Shown: piece by piece, positions 27,397 through 35,210 of the stretch | Numbering within the stretch: position 1 is the stretch's first letter | Layout of the letters: the number at the start of each line of letters is the position of its first letter | Source: a virus | DNA: 38,084 nucleotides | Virus record (IMG/VR): IMGVR_UViG_3300031965_000002 | Span: 66,082-104,165 of that record | Reading direction: 5' to 3' (one strand) | Made by a program: the position numbers and the translations under genes | The notes under the pieces: model-generated | Told to the model about the DNA's origin: nothing | Seen by the model: only the letters and a program-made list of their open reading frames with translations | Database searches by the model: none

Positions 27397-28281
27397 ATGG
27401 CTTACACCAAAAATAACCTTTCTGATGAGCAGAAAGAAATGATCATTGCACAGGCTCTTGAGACTGAGGAAGGCCGTACGGCTCTTGCTCAGGCCATGGT
27501 CGAGCCCATCCGTCGTTCGCTTGAGTACCAGGCTGTTGGTCGCAAGCTTCTCATGGTTGACGAGTTGCCCCAGGGCGCTCTCGCTCGTTACGAGCGCGAC
27601 CTTGCTGCTATTGCTCACGTCGTTGCGCGTCGTGGCGCTGTTCCGGACCAGATTCAGGAAGGCGAGGAAATCCTCGTTCCCACTTGGGAAATCGCCGCTA
27701 ATCCAACGATTCGCCTTTCCGAGATCAAGGCTCGCCGTTTCTACATTGTAGACCGCGCGCAGATCAAGGCTAAGGAAGCAATCCAGAAGGAAGAGGATAC
27801 TCAGATTTTCGGCGCTCTCATTGCTGCTGCTGACAACCGTGCGGCTGCTGGCTCTGCTCAGATCGTTACCGATATGGGCTCGCTTTCGACTACTGCTCTT
27901 AACAGCGCATTCCGTTACATCGAGCAGCACGACCTCGTGGCAACCAAAATCGTTGTCCACGCTAACCGTTACGCAGATATCCGTACCTTTGGTAAGGATT
28001 TTTACGATGAAGCTACAGTTCGTGAAATTCTCACGACTGGTCTCTACGGCCACCTTTGGACCGCAGACATCCATGTTTCGTCGCGTATGCCAACGAACAC
28101 TGTTCTTGTAGTGGCTTCGCCCGACACTGTTGGCGCGTTCCCAATTCGCCAGGACATCACTGTTCTTCCTGCTGACGACCCTAAGAAGCTCCGCCTCGGC
28201 TGGGTCATCTACGAAGAAGTCGGCATCGCGGTCATCAACGACTACGCAATCTCGAAGATTGAGGTCTCTGAGGCCAGCTAA
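27397..28281 (+). CDS. Major capsid protein (HK97 fold)
   Basis: 294 aa; PIRRSLEYQAVGRKLLMVDELPQG, IQKEED, GHLWTADIHVS, LGWVIYEEVGIAVIN; strong codon bias; AAGGAG RBS; followed by a terminator. Confidence 0.88.
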   Translation: MAYTKNNLSDEQKEMIIAQALETEEGRTALAQAMVEPIRRSLEYQAVGRKLLMVDELPQGALARYERDLAAIAHVVARRGAVPDQIQEGEEILVPTWEIAANPTIRLSEIKARRFYIVDRAQIKAKEAIQKEEDTQIFGALIAAADNRAAAGSAQIVTDMGSLSTTALNSAFRYIEQHDLVATKIVVHANRYADIRTFGKDFYDEATVREILTTGLYGHLWTADIHVSSRMPTNTVLVVASPDTVGAFPIRQDITVLPADDPKKLRLGWVIYEEVGIAVINDYAISKIEVSEAS

Positions 28282-28321
28282 TCTTTTAGCTAAAACCTTC
28301 TAGCCTCTAAAGTTCCTAGAG

Positions 28322-28351
28322 GGGCGGGCTTATTCAGGCTCGCCCTTTTTT
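28322..28351 (+). terminator. Rho-independent terminator after MCP
   Basis: GGGCGGGC/GCTCGCCC stem followed by TTTTTT. Confidence 0.85.
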
Positions 28352-28437
28352 ATTTAACTGCCGATACAGTAGAGTGACAGAATACAGATTGAAACCGGCT
28401 TGGTCGATGAAGAAATTGTGAATGTCAAGGAGATATA

Positions 28438-28860
28438 ATGGAATTTGAGATTACTTATCGTGAGCTAGCTGAGATGTCTTCAAGCCTCAATCGGCTTGTT
28501 CAGGTGAACATGCCCGCGAAGTACGCGTTTCGTTTGCAGAAAACTATGAAGACTCTTCAGCAAGAGCTAAAAGACCTGAATGAGCATAAAGAGACGCTTA
28601 TCAAGAAATATGGCGAAGAAGTTAATAATGAGCAGGGCCGAAGCATCCAAGTTAAGACTGAGCATGCTGAAATATTCTGGAAAGAATGGAACGAGATTCT
28701 TGAAGATACTATAAGTATTTCTGCAAATCCGATTCCGTTGAGTCTTATCGAAGACTCTGAGGTCACAATCGCTGACATGGCGTTGTTAGAACGATTTATT
28801 GATGATGATTTGGCTGACGACCCTAAGCCCTTAGAAGAAGTTCCTCAAGCCGTAAGCTAA
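28438..28860 (+). CDS. Conserved phage protein (DUF1617-like)
   Basis: 140 aa; AAGGAG RBS; MPAKYAFRL...LIKKYGE...EWNEILE pattern; family name recalled from memory only. Confidence 0.6.
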   Translation: MEFEITYRELAEMSSSLNRLVQVNMPAKYAFRLQKTMKTLQQELKDLNEHKETLIKKYGEEVNNEQGRSIQVKTEHAEIFWKEWNEILEDTISISANPIPLSLIEDSEVTIADMALLERFIDDDLADDPKPLEEVPQAVS

Positions 28861-28927
28861 AGTCGAAAGGTATTTCGATTGGTCCTTTGAATATATAAGT
28901 GAGCCTTTTATTCAAGGGGGTCTTTCG

Positions 28928-29062
28928 ATGAGGTTATTCGAGAGCAAGTCCTACTACTTCTGTAAGGCTAATTCAAATAAAACAGAAGATACCCTAATCC
29001 TTGGGTCTGTCGTATGTGCGATGAAGACCGAGAGGGTAAGGCTAAGTTTGCGCGATGTATAA
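28928..29062 (+). CDS. Small ORF (44 aa) with SKSY leader; possibly frameshifted or degenerate
   Basis: AAGGGGG RBS; starts MRLFESKSY; the -1 frame from 28981 encodes PNPWVCRMC...ARCINPFC. Confidence 0.4.
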   Translation: MRLFESKSYYFCKANSNKTEDTLILGSVVCAMKTERVRLSLRDV

Positions 29063-29135
29063 ACCCTTTTTGCATTCGCGCCTGTTCCATAAGGAGGTTT
29101 TACACTATGTATAGACAAAAATATTACATTGCGGT

Positions 29136-29297
29136 CGGGTTTAGAGAGACTGAACGGCGATGGAGATTGCCAGATTCTCTAATCTGATTCGAACCCTGCC
29201 TGGGAACAGGCGCGCCGTCTTCGGGCGGCGAGGTACGCGGGGTCTCGGTGGCGAGGCCAACATGATTGGTAAGAGGGTTCGACTCCCTAGCCCGTGT
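29136..29297 (+). ncRNA. Structured RNA ending in a non-canonical tRNA-like cloverleaf
   Basis: GC-rich island with GGAA- and cUUCGg-capped hairpins, a GGTTCGACTCC T-loop, and a 7-bp acceptor-like stem 29235-29241/29291-29297. Confidence 0.6.
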
Positions 29298-29316
29298 CTT
29301 TTATCTGGAGAGTACT

Positions 29317-29541
29317 ATGCACAAAATCAAAAGCCCCTCGTTCAGTCGTTTACTTGATCAAAAAACGCTTGTGCGTACTATGAAGAGTAAGTCGTATATG
29401 AAGGTTGCAGAAGACCTTGGTGACGCTTGCTGGGAAGGCTATGAGGCTGTTGGGACTAAAAAGAAGAATGGTAAAGAGGTTCCCAACTGTGTCCCAAAGG
29501 GCAAAAAAAGAAAGCATCATTCTCGGTTCTTCCTGCTTTAG
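29317..29541 (+). CDS. Small phage protein with a CWxGY...GTKKKxGKxVPNCV module
   Basis: GGAG RBS before ATG 29317; ACWEGYEAVGTKKKNGKEVPNCVPK preceded by MKVAE. Confidence 0.7.
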   Translation: MHKIKSPSFSRLLDQKTLVRTMKSKSYMKVAEDLGDACWEGYEAVGTKKKNGKEVPNCVPKGKKRKHHSRFFLL

Positions 29542-29697
29542 ATGAACAACAAAGGCAGGGGGCTTGGAGGTCCATTCAAACAGTCAAGTGGTCATGTTCT
29601 TTATTACGACCCGAAAGAGGGGAAATATTATGATGCCTCAAGAGATGTGTATATTGAACCAGATGAATACGAGACAATACAGCAACCTCGTTCATAG
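29542..29697 (+). CDS. Small protein (51 aa) with a GLxGPF...VLYYDPKEGKYYD module (not in ORF track)
   Basis: ATG directly after the in-frame TAG of the previous ORF; MNNKGRGLGGPFKQSSGHVLYYDPKEGKYYDASRDVYI. Confidence 0.65.
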   Translation: MNNKGRGLGGPFKQSSGHVLYYDPKEGKYYDASRDVYIEPDEYETIQQPRS

Positions 29698-29720
29698 ATT
29701 ATTTGACATGAATTATTCGG

Positions 29721-29747
29721 CACGGTCTTTAGACCGTGTTATCTTTT
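29721..29747 (+). terminator. Probable intrinsic terminator
   Basis: CACGGTC-TTTA-GACCGTG hairpin followed by TTATCTTTT. Confidence 0.55.
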
Positions 29748-29764
29748 AAGCCGATATACTTTAT

Positions 29765-31165
29765 ATGAAGTTCCTAAACGCAACGCAAAACTCGGTATAC
29801 CTGGAAGATATTGATATGCATATTCCTTTTGAGGAAGGCAAGGTTATCGAAATCAATACCGATGATGTTAAGAAGAGTCGTGCTTTCCAGAACTTAATTG
29901 TTCTTGGAGCCTTTGAAATTATTGAAGCTAACGATGAGCGAATCGAACAAAACTTGCTTCGATTACAGCCAAAGAATAACGACTTAAAAGAAGAGGAAGA
30001 AGACCGTGAGACAAGTGGTGGCGCTCCAGAGGTCATTATCAAAGGTCATTTCTATGAAGCAGGCGGGTACGCAAAGACCAATAGAAATCTCGCGATCTGT
30101 CTTGCTGCAAAAGGCTGCAAGGTAGAGGCCGATGTGACCTCAACTCGTAGAAGCGACCTGAATGAGCTTGAAGCTAGAATGATGGCTTCGTTTAAGCAAA
30201 AAGTAGGCCGTCAAGCGATACGTATAGACAGCATAATTCCAAGTTTTTCCCAGATTAGCCCTAAGATGCCATATCGAATACTTTATACGACAATTGAGGC
30301 GTCTTCTATGCCTAAACAGACGATAGATATCTGTAACTCATATGATGAGGTCTGGGTTACGGCTGATTATTGTAAAGAGGTCATGCAGAAAGAGGGCGTA
30401 TCACGACCAATTTACGTTATGCCTAATGCGATACAAACCAAGATGTTTCACGAGCATTATGAACCTCATGAATTTCGTCCTTCATTAAATTCGTTCGTGT
30501 TTTGTAGTCTTTTCGGCTGGGCATACCGCAAGGGGTGGGATTCGCTTTTGAAGGCCTACTTTAGAGCTTTTGATGGCAATGATGATGTTTCGTTGCTTAT
30601 TGTAAGTAGGTATCAATATTCATCTGAGCGAAGCGGCATTATTAAACAAGACATCGACAAGTATCTTAAGCAGTATGGCGGCAACAACCCTCCGCATGTT
30701 TGTCGTTGCAGTAGGGTTATACCAGAGTTCGAGTTACCTCGTATATACAAGGCTTGCGATGTATTCGTTCTCCCTTCGCGCGGAGAAGGATTTGGGCTTC
30801 CATATGTCGAGGCCTCGCTTTGCGGTCTTCCTGTGATAGCAACCAATCACAGCGGTCATACGATGTTTTTGAATGAAGATAATTCAGAGCTTGTTGATAT
30901 AGATTCGTTAGAGCCCGTTCCTCGCGGGTCAAGCCATGTCCATTATTGGGACGGTCAGCTCATGGCAAACCTCAAGTCTGAAGATTTTATAGATAGGCTT
31001 GCCTCCTCTATGAGATACGTTTATGAGAATCATGAAGAAGCAAAGAAGAGGAATAAGCTGCTACAACAAGAAATAGCTAATAGTTATTCTTTCCAGAATG
31101 CTGCTGATAGATATTCGGAAAGAATTAGCGAGATATGGAAAAGGGTTAAGGAGACGCAGCAATGA
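29765..31165 (+). CDS. Glycosyltransferase family 4 (GT-B) with an extra N-terminal module
   Basis: GGYA...RN; DEVWV; YRKGWDSLLKAY; DVFVLPSRGEGFGLPYVEASLCGLPVIATNHSG (EX7E motif). Confidence 0.9.
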   Translation: MKFLNATQNSVYLEDIDMHIPFEEGKVIEINTDDVKKSRAFQNLIVLGAFEIIEANDERIEQNLLRLQPKNNDLKEEEEDRETSGGAPEVIIKGHFYEAGGYAKTNRNLAICLAAKGCKVEADVTSTRRSDLNELEARMMASFKQKVGRQAIRIDSIIPSFSQISPKMPYRILYTTIEASSMPKQTIDICNSYDEVWVTADYCKEVMQKEGVSRPIYVMPNAIQTKMFHEHYEPHEFRPSLNSFVFCSLFGWAYRKGWDSLLKAYFRAFDGNDDVSLLIVSRYQYSSERSGIIKQDIDKYLKQYGGNNPPHVCRCSRVIPEFELPRIYKACDVFVLPSRGEGFGLPYVEASLCGLPVIATNHSGHTMFLNEDNSELVDIDSLEPVPRGSSHVHYWDGQLMANLKSEDFIDRLASSMRYVYENHEEAKKRNKLLQQEIANSYSFQNAADRYSERISEIWKRVKETQQ

Positions 31166-31854
31166 TGATTGTATTCATAGACGCAGAAAATGCGACGGTT
31201 ACGATCGTAAACAGCGAACGAGAATTGGTAAAAACCTATCCTTGGAACGATTTGAAATCGATAATTCCTCGTTTAGGTTTGAGCGAAGTTTATTATGTTA
31301 CCGCAGCCGAGTTTGTTCCAGCGAAAAACGTTGCAGAGTTACTTGCTTCGTTGACAGGCGAAGTGATAACCGAAGAAATTAAGCCAACAGGACGAAAATT
31401 TATTCGGTCAACTGTTCCTGGCAAGCTCATTGTGCATGGTAATAGTGGCGAACCTCTTGAGTTTGATAGTCCTATTGACTTCAAGCCGCTTGATGTTTTA
31501 CCTCTAAATCGAGAAAGCGAATATCCAAGTCTTTCTATATATATGAATCAAGGCAAGATTGAGATTATTGATGAGTGCGATATTGGTGATATACGAAATA
31601 GCTATCAGTCGAAGATGGGTCGTTTTAGAAAGAATTTCGGAAGCAATAGAGATGAAGCTTTGGATAATATACTCGTCAAAGGGAGTGTTAATGATTTTCT
31701 AGATCACATGGATGAAGACGAAGATACATCCGATACGATAGAGATAGGACAAAACGATCTAAGAGGTAATGTAAGAGAGTCTCAAGAGTTCTTCAATACC
31801 ATTAGACAATCAGGCATAGAAGTTACTGAACAAGATATAAAAGCAGTTGAATAA
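31162..31854 (+). CDS. Hypothetical protein
   Basis: 230 aa; overlaps both neighbours; contains a module ending SLSIYMNQGKIEIIDE. Confidence 0.75.
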   Translation: MMIVFIDAENATVTIVNSERELVKTYPWNDLKSIIPRLGLSEVYYVTAAEFVPAKNVAELLASLTGEVITEEIKPTGRKFIRSTVPGKLIVHGNSGEPLEFDSPIDFKPLDVLPLNRESEYPSLSIYMNQGKIEIIDECDIGDIRNSYQSKMGRFRKNFGSNRDEALDNILVKGSVNDFLDHMDEDEDTSDTIEIGQNDLRGNVRESQEFFNTIRQSGIEVTEQDIKAVE

Positions 31855-32600
31855 TGACAAACCTAAAGCATCAAGTTCATTCGCCGTTCGCTAGGGCAAT
31901 TGTATTGCATTACGGCCCTAGTTGGGAAGCTCTTGCGGCAACATCTATTATCAAGAGGCTCGTACAGGAGCATGGAGGGAAGCTGCGTCTTGATTGGGCA
32001 ACAACAAACGAAAACTATTCGTTGTTTAAATACAATTCTAGGATAGAAAACTTGTTTATTGGCGAACCTACTTCAACTGATTCATATGATGTAATTTATG
32101 ACTTAAGCAGAAACGAACAATCGACAGAAGTTTGTAAGTCATTGCAAGGCAATGCATGCGCGGTCAAGGATTCGTATTGTTATTCGTATTTAGCAAGTGA
32201 GCGAGTTGATAGCCATGTTCTTCAGGTTTTGTTTAAGTTAGCTGGATTATCTTGGAGGGGTGAAGGATATGATTTAGCATATTATCCTAAGAACAAAGTT
32301 AAGAAAGGCAAGACAGGCGTTGCTATTTCTAGAGATGACCTGAGATCATATGTCAAAGATAATCTTCAGTTATCTCTTTCTGATTTATGGCATATTCCAT
32401 TACGAAAGAACCTACTTAAAAGAATAGATGAAATTAATCGATGTAAGCGTATTGTGACTGACGACCTATTTACGGCCCACGCCGCTATAGCGTTGAGAAA
32501 GCATGTGGAGTTTTTGGACAAAGACGACTTTCATGCAGAAATTGAGTTCTTTGGTAAGGGCAATCATTTGCGTTTAAACGATGATAGATGGAAGCTTTAA
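31854..32600 (+). CDS. Degenerate GT9 (heptosyltransferase)-like protein
   Basis: ALAATSIIKRL...LDWAT...LFKYNSRIE and IDEINRCKRIVTDDLFTAHAAIALRK resemble GT9 motifs. Confidence 0.6.
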   Translation: MTNLKHQVHSPFARAIVLHYGPSWEALAATSIIKRLVQEHGGKLRLDWATTNENYSLFKYNSRIENLFIGEPTSTDSYDVIYDLSRNEQSTEVCKSLQGNACAVKDSYCYSYLASERVDSHVLQVLFKLAGLSWRGEGYDLAYYPKNKVKKGKTGVAISRDDLRSYVKDNLQLSLSDLWHIPLRKNLLKRIDEINRCKRIVTDDLFTAHAAIALRKHVEFLDKDDFHAEIEFFGKGNHLRLNDDRWKL

Positions 32601-33381
32601 ATGTCCGAAACCTAACTCTCGATATGCTGTTGACAGAGTTAAAAAAACCGCCCAATACAGTCCTGATTATTTTGGAATCACCGGCCTCAAAGGAAGCGGG
32701 CTGGGTGTGTCTGTCTGCGTAATAGATACGGGTTATCCCAAGCACAAAGATATTCCATGTTCTATGGACCAGGTTATCGATTTTACAGGTTCGTCGCATG
32801 GAGCCCTAGATGTTCATGGTCATGCGACTGGAATTGCAGGCGTTCTTAAGGGCCATGGCGATATTGTGGGAATGACGCCATCCGCGAGTATTCATTATGC
32901 AAAAGCTATCAACGACCAAGGGCAAGGTAATCACGGAGCGGTTCAAGCTTCGATACTTTATGCTATTGTTCAGCAAGTTGATATTATTGTAATGGCATTT
33001 GGTTCAGATGTTCGCCATCCTTTACTCAAGGATGTCATTAAAAAAGCATATAATAGTGGTATTTGTCTTTTTGCGGCTTCTGGTAACGTTAGCTCAAAAA
33101 AACGAGATATGCTGTTTCCTGCGAAGTTTGAGCATGTTGTATCAGTCGGCTATTCTGGTTCAAAAAATATAGGTAAAATTAAAGAAGATGCTCCAGGCAT
33201 TGCTTTTCCCTTCAAGAGTTTGGACACTACTTTCAAAAATGACAGGTATATCAAGATGTCAGGCACGAGTATTGCTACTCCTGTTGCAGCGGGCATAGCC
33301 GCTCTGATTATACAAAATAACAAAAAAAGACCTGAGCCGAAAGAGGTTTACAGGCAGATAATGGCATATTGCAAATCTTGA
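32581..33381 (+). CDS. Subtilisin-like serine protease (S8)
   Basis: VCVIDTG (Asp), HGHATGIAG (His), AASGN (oxyanion), SGTSIATP (Ser); no signal peptide. Confidence 0.92.
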   Translation: MIDGSFKCPKPNSRYAVDRVKKTAQYSPDYFGITGLKGSGLGVSVCVIDTGYPKHKDIPCSMDQVIDFTGSSHGALDVHGHATGIAGVLKGHGDIVGMTPSASIHYAKAINDQGQGNHGAVQASILYAIVQQVDIIVMAFGSDVRHPLLKDVIKKAYNSGICLFAASGNVSSKKRDMLFPAKFEHVVSVGYSGSKNIGKIKEDAPGIAFPFKSLDTTFKNDRYIKMSGTSIATPVAAGIAALIIQNNKKRPEPKEVYRQIMAYCKS

Positions 33382-33448
33382 ATATCAAGGATTTTTAGCT
33401 TTTATCAAGAAATACTAGAAGGCAATTTACTTGATGGAGAATGTCTAA

Positions 33449-35209
33449 ATGCCGCATATTCCACGTAATAAATCCAGCGCAGGCGATGTCGATGCGGCTG
33501 ATGTGACCTATGCGCCGGCGGATAATTCGGATTTTGGTGGTTCTGATCCAGGGAATGTAGATGACGCTCTTGATTATATCGCCGATTGTTGCGCAGGAAA
33601 TGCAGATTTGCTTGATGAACTACTGCCAGCAGCGGCTCCCGACCTTAGCAGTATGTCTGCTTCGACTGGTGTGTCAGGCAACCTTTCCTTTGGTCCTTCG
33701 GCTGTTTCGAATCCCGCAGGATATACAAATCATCCGACTCTCGACATCGGCGGCACAATTGATACGACCTCACCGAACCGAGGGATTATATCTGTTACAG
33801 CAGACCCAACGGGAACCCTTGCAGACAACATAGCTGCTGAAGCGAATGACTCATACCCGGCAAACGCTTTTGGTCCAGGAGATTCAGGAACATTGAGTCT
33901 ATTGGTTAACGGCTCATCTGTGCATAATGTTGACTTGTCTTTATTTGGTTCAGGCGCAACTGTTAATGGCAACGGAAGTGGATTTACGTTATCAGCCGCG
34001 ACATCAGTACAATTTCCTAACGGCAATCCTTTTGCAAACCGCAAATACAGAACAGGCACTTGGGTTGTGGATAGTGCTGACTTACGAACAGGTTATAATA
34101 CGATTCAAGTTCAGCACGCTGAAACAACAACTAATACCACACAGACTTTTGTTTATATAGTAGATGATGATACAACAAGCACAACCATTACAGGGCAAGA
34201 GTTTATAAACCTAAGCGCTACCGGTAGTAAATATTTGTCAGGTATTGAATATCATACATCTGCTTCGGCAACATTCCAGTCAGACATAAGCAATGCGTAT
34301 CGTAACACGTATTCAAGTTCTTCATCTGCTGTATCATATCCGACTCCAGATAATTGTTCCATCAATAGTCAAACTTTGACGACTCCAACAGAATACACAA
34401 ACTCTCTTACTAATTTTGGACAGACTGCAACACTTAATTCAAGTCGTATCATTACAAATCTTACCACATATAATGGCTTTAGGGCCAGAACTCGTGTTCT
34501 TCGAACTATACAGGGCACTACAACTGCAAGTTATGTTGAGGGGTTCAGTTTATTGATTGACACCGTATCAGACGATGCGACAGACTTAAATGACAATATG
34601 CTCGGCGAAAGCTATCGTATACCAAGCAATGCAGATTTTGATACCGACTTATCATCGACTTGGGATGAAACCATTTCTCTTATATCTGCAACGTCTGGTT
34701 ATTCTGATGGCTTGCAAATCATCAACGCCACGCTTGATTATCCTGTCCTTGATTTCACGGCGGCGACTAATGGGCCTGCGGGCAACCCTAACTATTCGAC
34801 TGCTTCAGGTACTAGATATTGGTATCGCTATTTTACGAATGCTACAGGAGCAGGCAATTTTAGACTAATACTAGAAGGCAATGCCTCTATTATTGCCGAA
34901 TCAGCAAGTTTCACAGGTGGCGATCATAATGAGGTAAAGATATCGGTTAAGTTTCCTCAGGGTGCTGGCTCTGGAACTGGATGGCTTGATATCACGCAAA
35001 ACTTTGTTCCTGGCTCATGGAATGATGGCGATGGCTGTTATGCATCCTCATTTGGTAGCGATACAACTTTGCCAACTTCTACCTGGGGGATTTCAATCGG
35101 AACAAGAAACTCAGCCGATGCATACGATAAGATGTATGTAAGGGTTACGACTGACACCAATTTTATTGGCGATTTGACACAGTTTGGAGTAGAGTGGGCG
35201 GTAACGTAA
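33449..35209 (+). CDS. Putative virion structural protein (T/S/G/N-rich, beta-rich)
   Basis: 586 aa; composition and N-terminal NVDDALDYIA motif typical of fibre/appendage proteins. Confidence 0.7.
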   Translation: MPHIPRNKSSAGDVDAADVTYAPADNSDFGGSDPGNVDDALDYIADCCAGNADLLDELLPAAAPDLSSMSASTGVSGNLSFGPSAVSNPAGYTNHPTLDIGGTIDTTSPNRGIISVTADPTGTLADNIAAEANDSYPANAFGPGDSGTLSLLVNGSSVHNVDLSLFGSGATVNGNGSGFTLSAATSVQFPNGNPFANRKYRTGTWVVDSADLRTGYNTIQVQHAETTTNTTQTFVYIVDDDTTSTTITGQEFINLSATGSKYLSGIEYHTSASATFQSDISNAYRNTYSSSSSAVSYPTPDNCSINSQTLTTPTEYTNSLTNFGQTATLNSSRIITNLTTYNGFRARTRVLRTIQGTTTASYVEGFSLLIDTVSDDATDLNDNMLGESYRIPSNADFDTDLSSTWDETISLISATSGYSDGLQIINATLDYPVLDFTAATNGPAGNPNYSTASGTRYWYRYFTNATGAGNFRLILEGNASIIAESASFTGGDHNEVKISVKFPQGAGSGTGWLDITQNFVPGSWNDGDGCYASSFGSDTTLPTSTWGISIGTRNSADAYDKMYVRVTTDTNFIGDLTQFGVEWAVT

Positions 35210-35210
35210 A

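Noticed and set aside
27364-28074. 236-aa minus-strand ORF antisense to the MCP
   Set aside because: Shadow of a strongly codon-biased gene; no recognisable motifs. The same applies to the other minus-strand and nested ORFs in the track
26745-28281. Cellular encapsulin operon
   Set aside because: Adjacent terminase, portal, protease and fibre genes indicate a true virion module
29170-29187. CAGATT-CTCT-AATCTG hairpin as an amber-suppressor or Pyl anticodon arm
   Set aside because: Cannot form a 7-nt loop with CUA centred on a 5-bp stem, and it is not positioned within the cloverleaf
29160-29357. 65-aa ORF and the 29266 TTG start over the GC-rich island
   Set aside because: No RBS; the sequence is better explained by RNA structure; ATG 29317 has a GGAG RBS
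29539-29544. TAG reassignment (alternative genetic code)
   Set aside because: Long genes are intact under the standard code, and TAG ends the 35211 gene at a natural domain end
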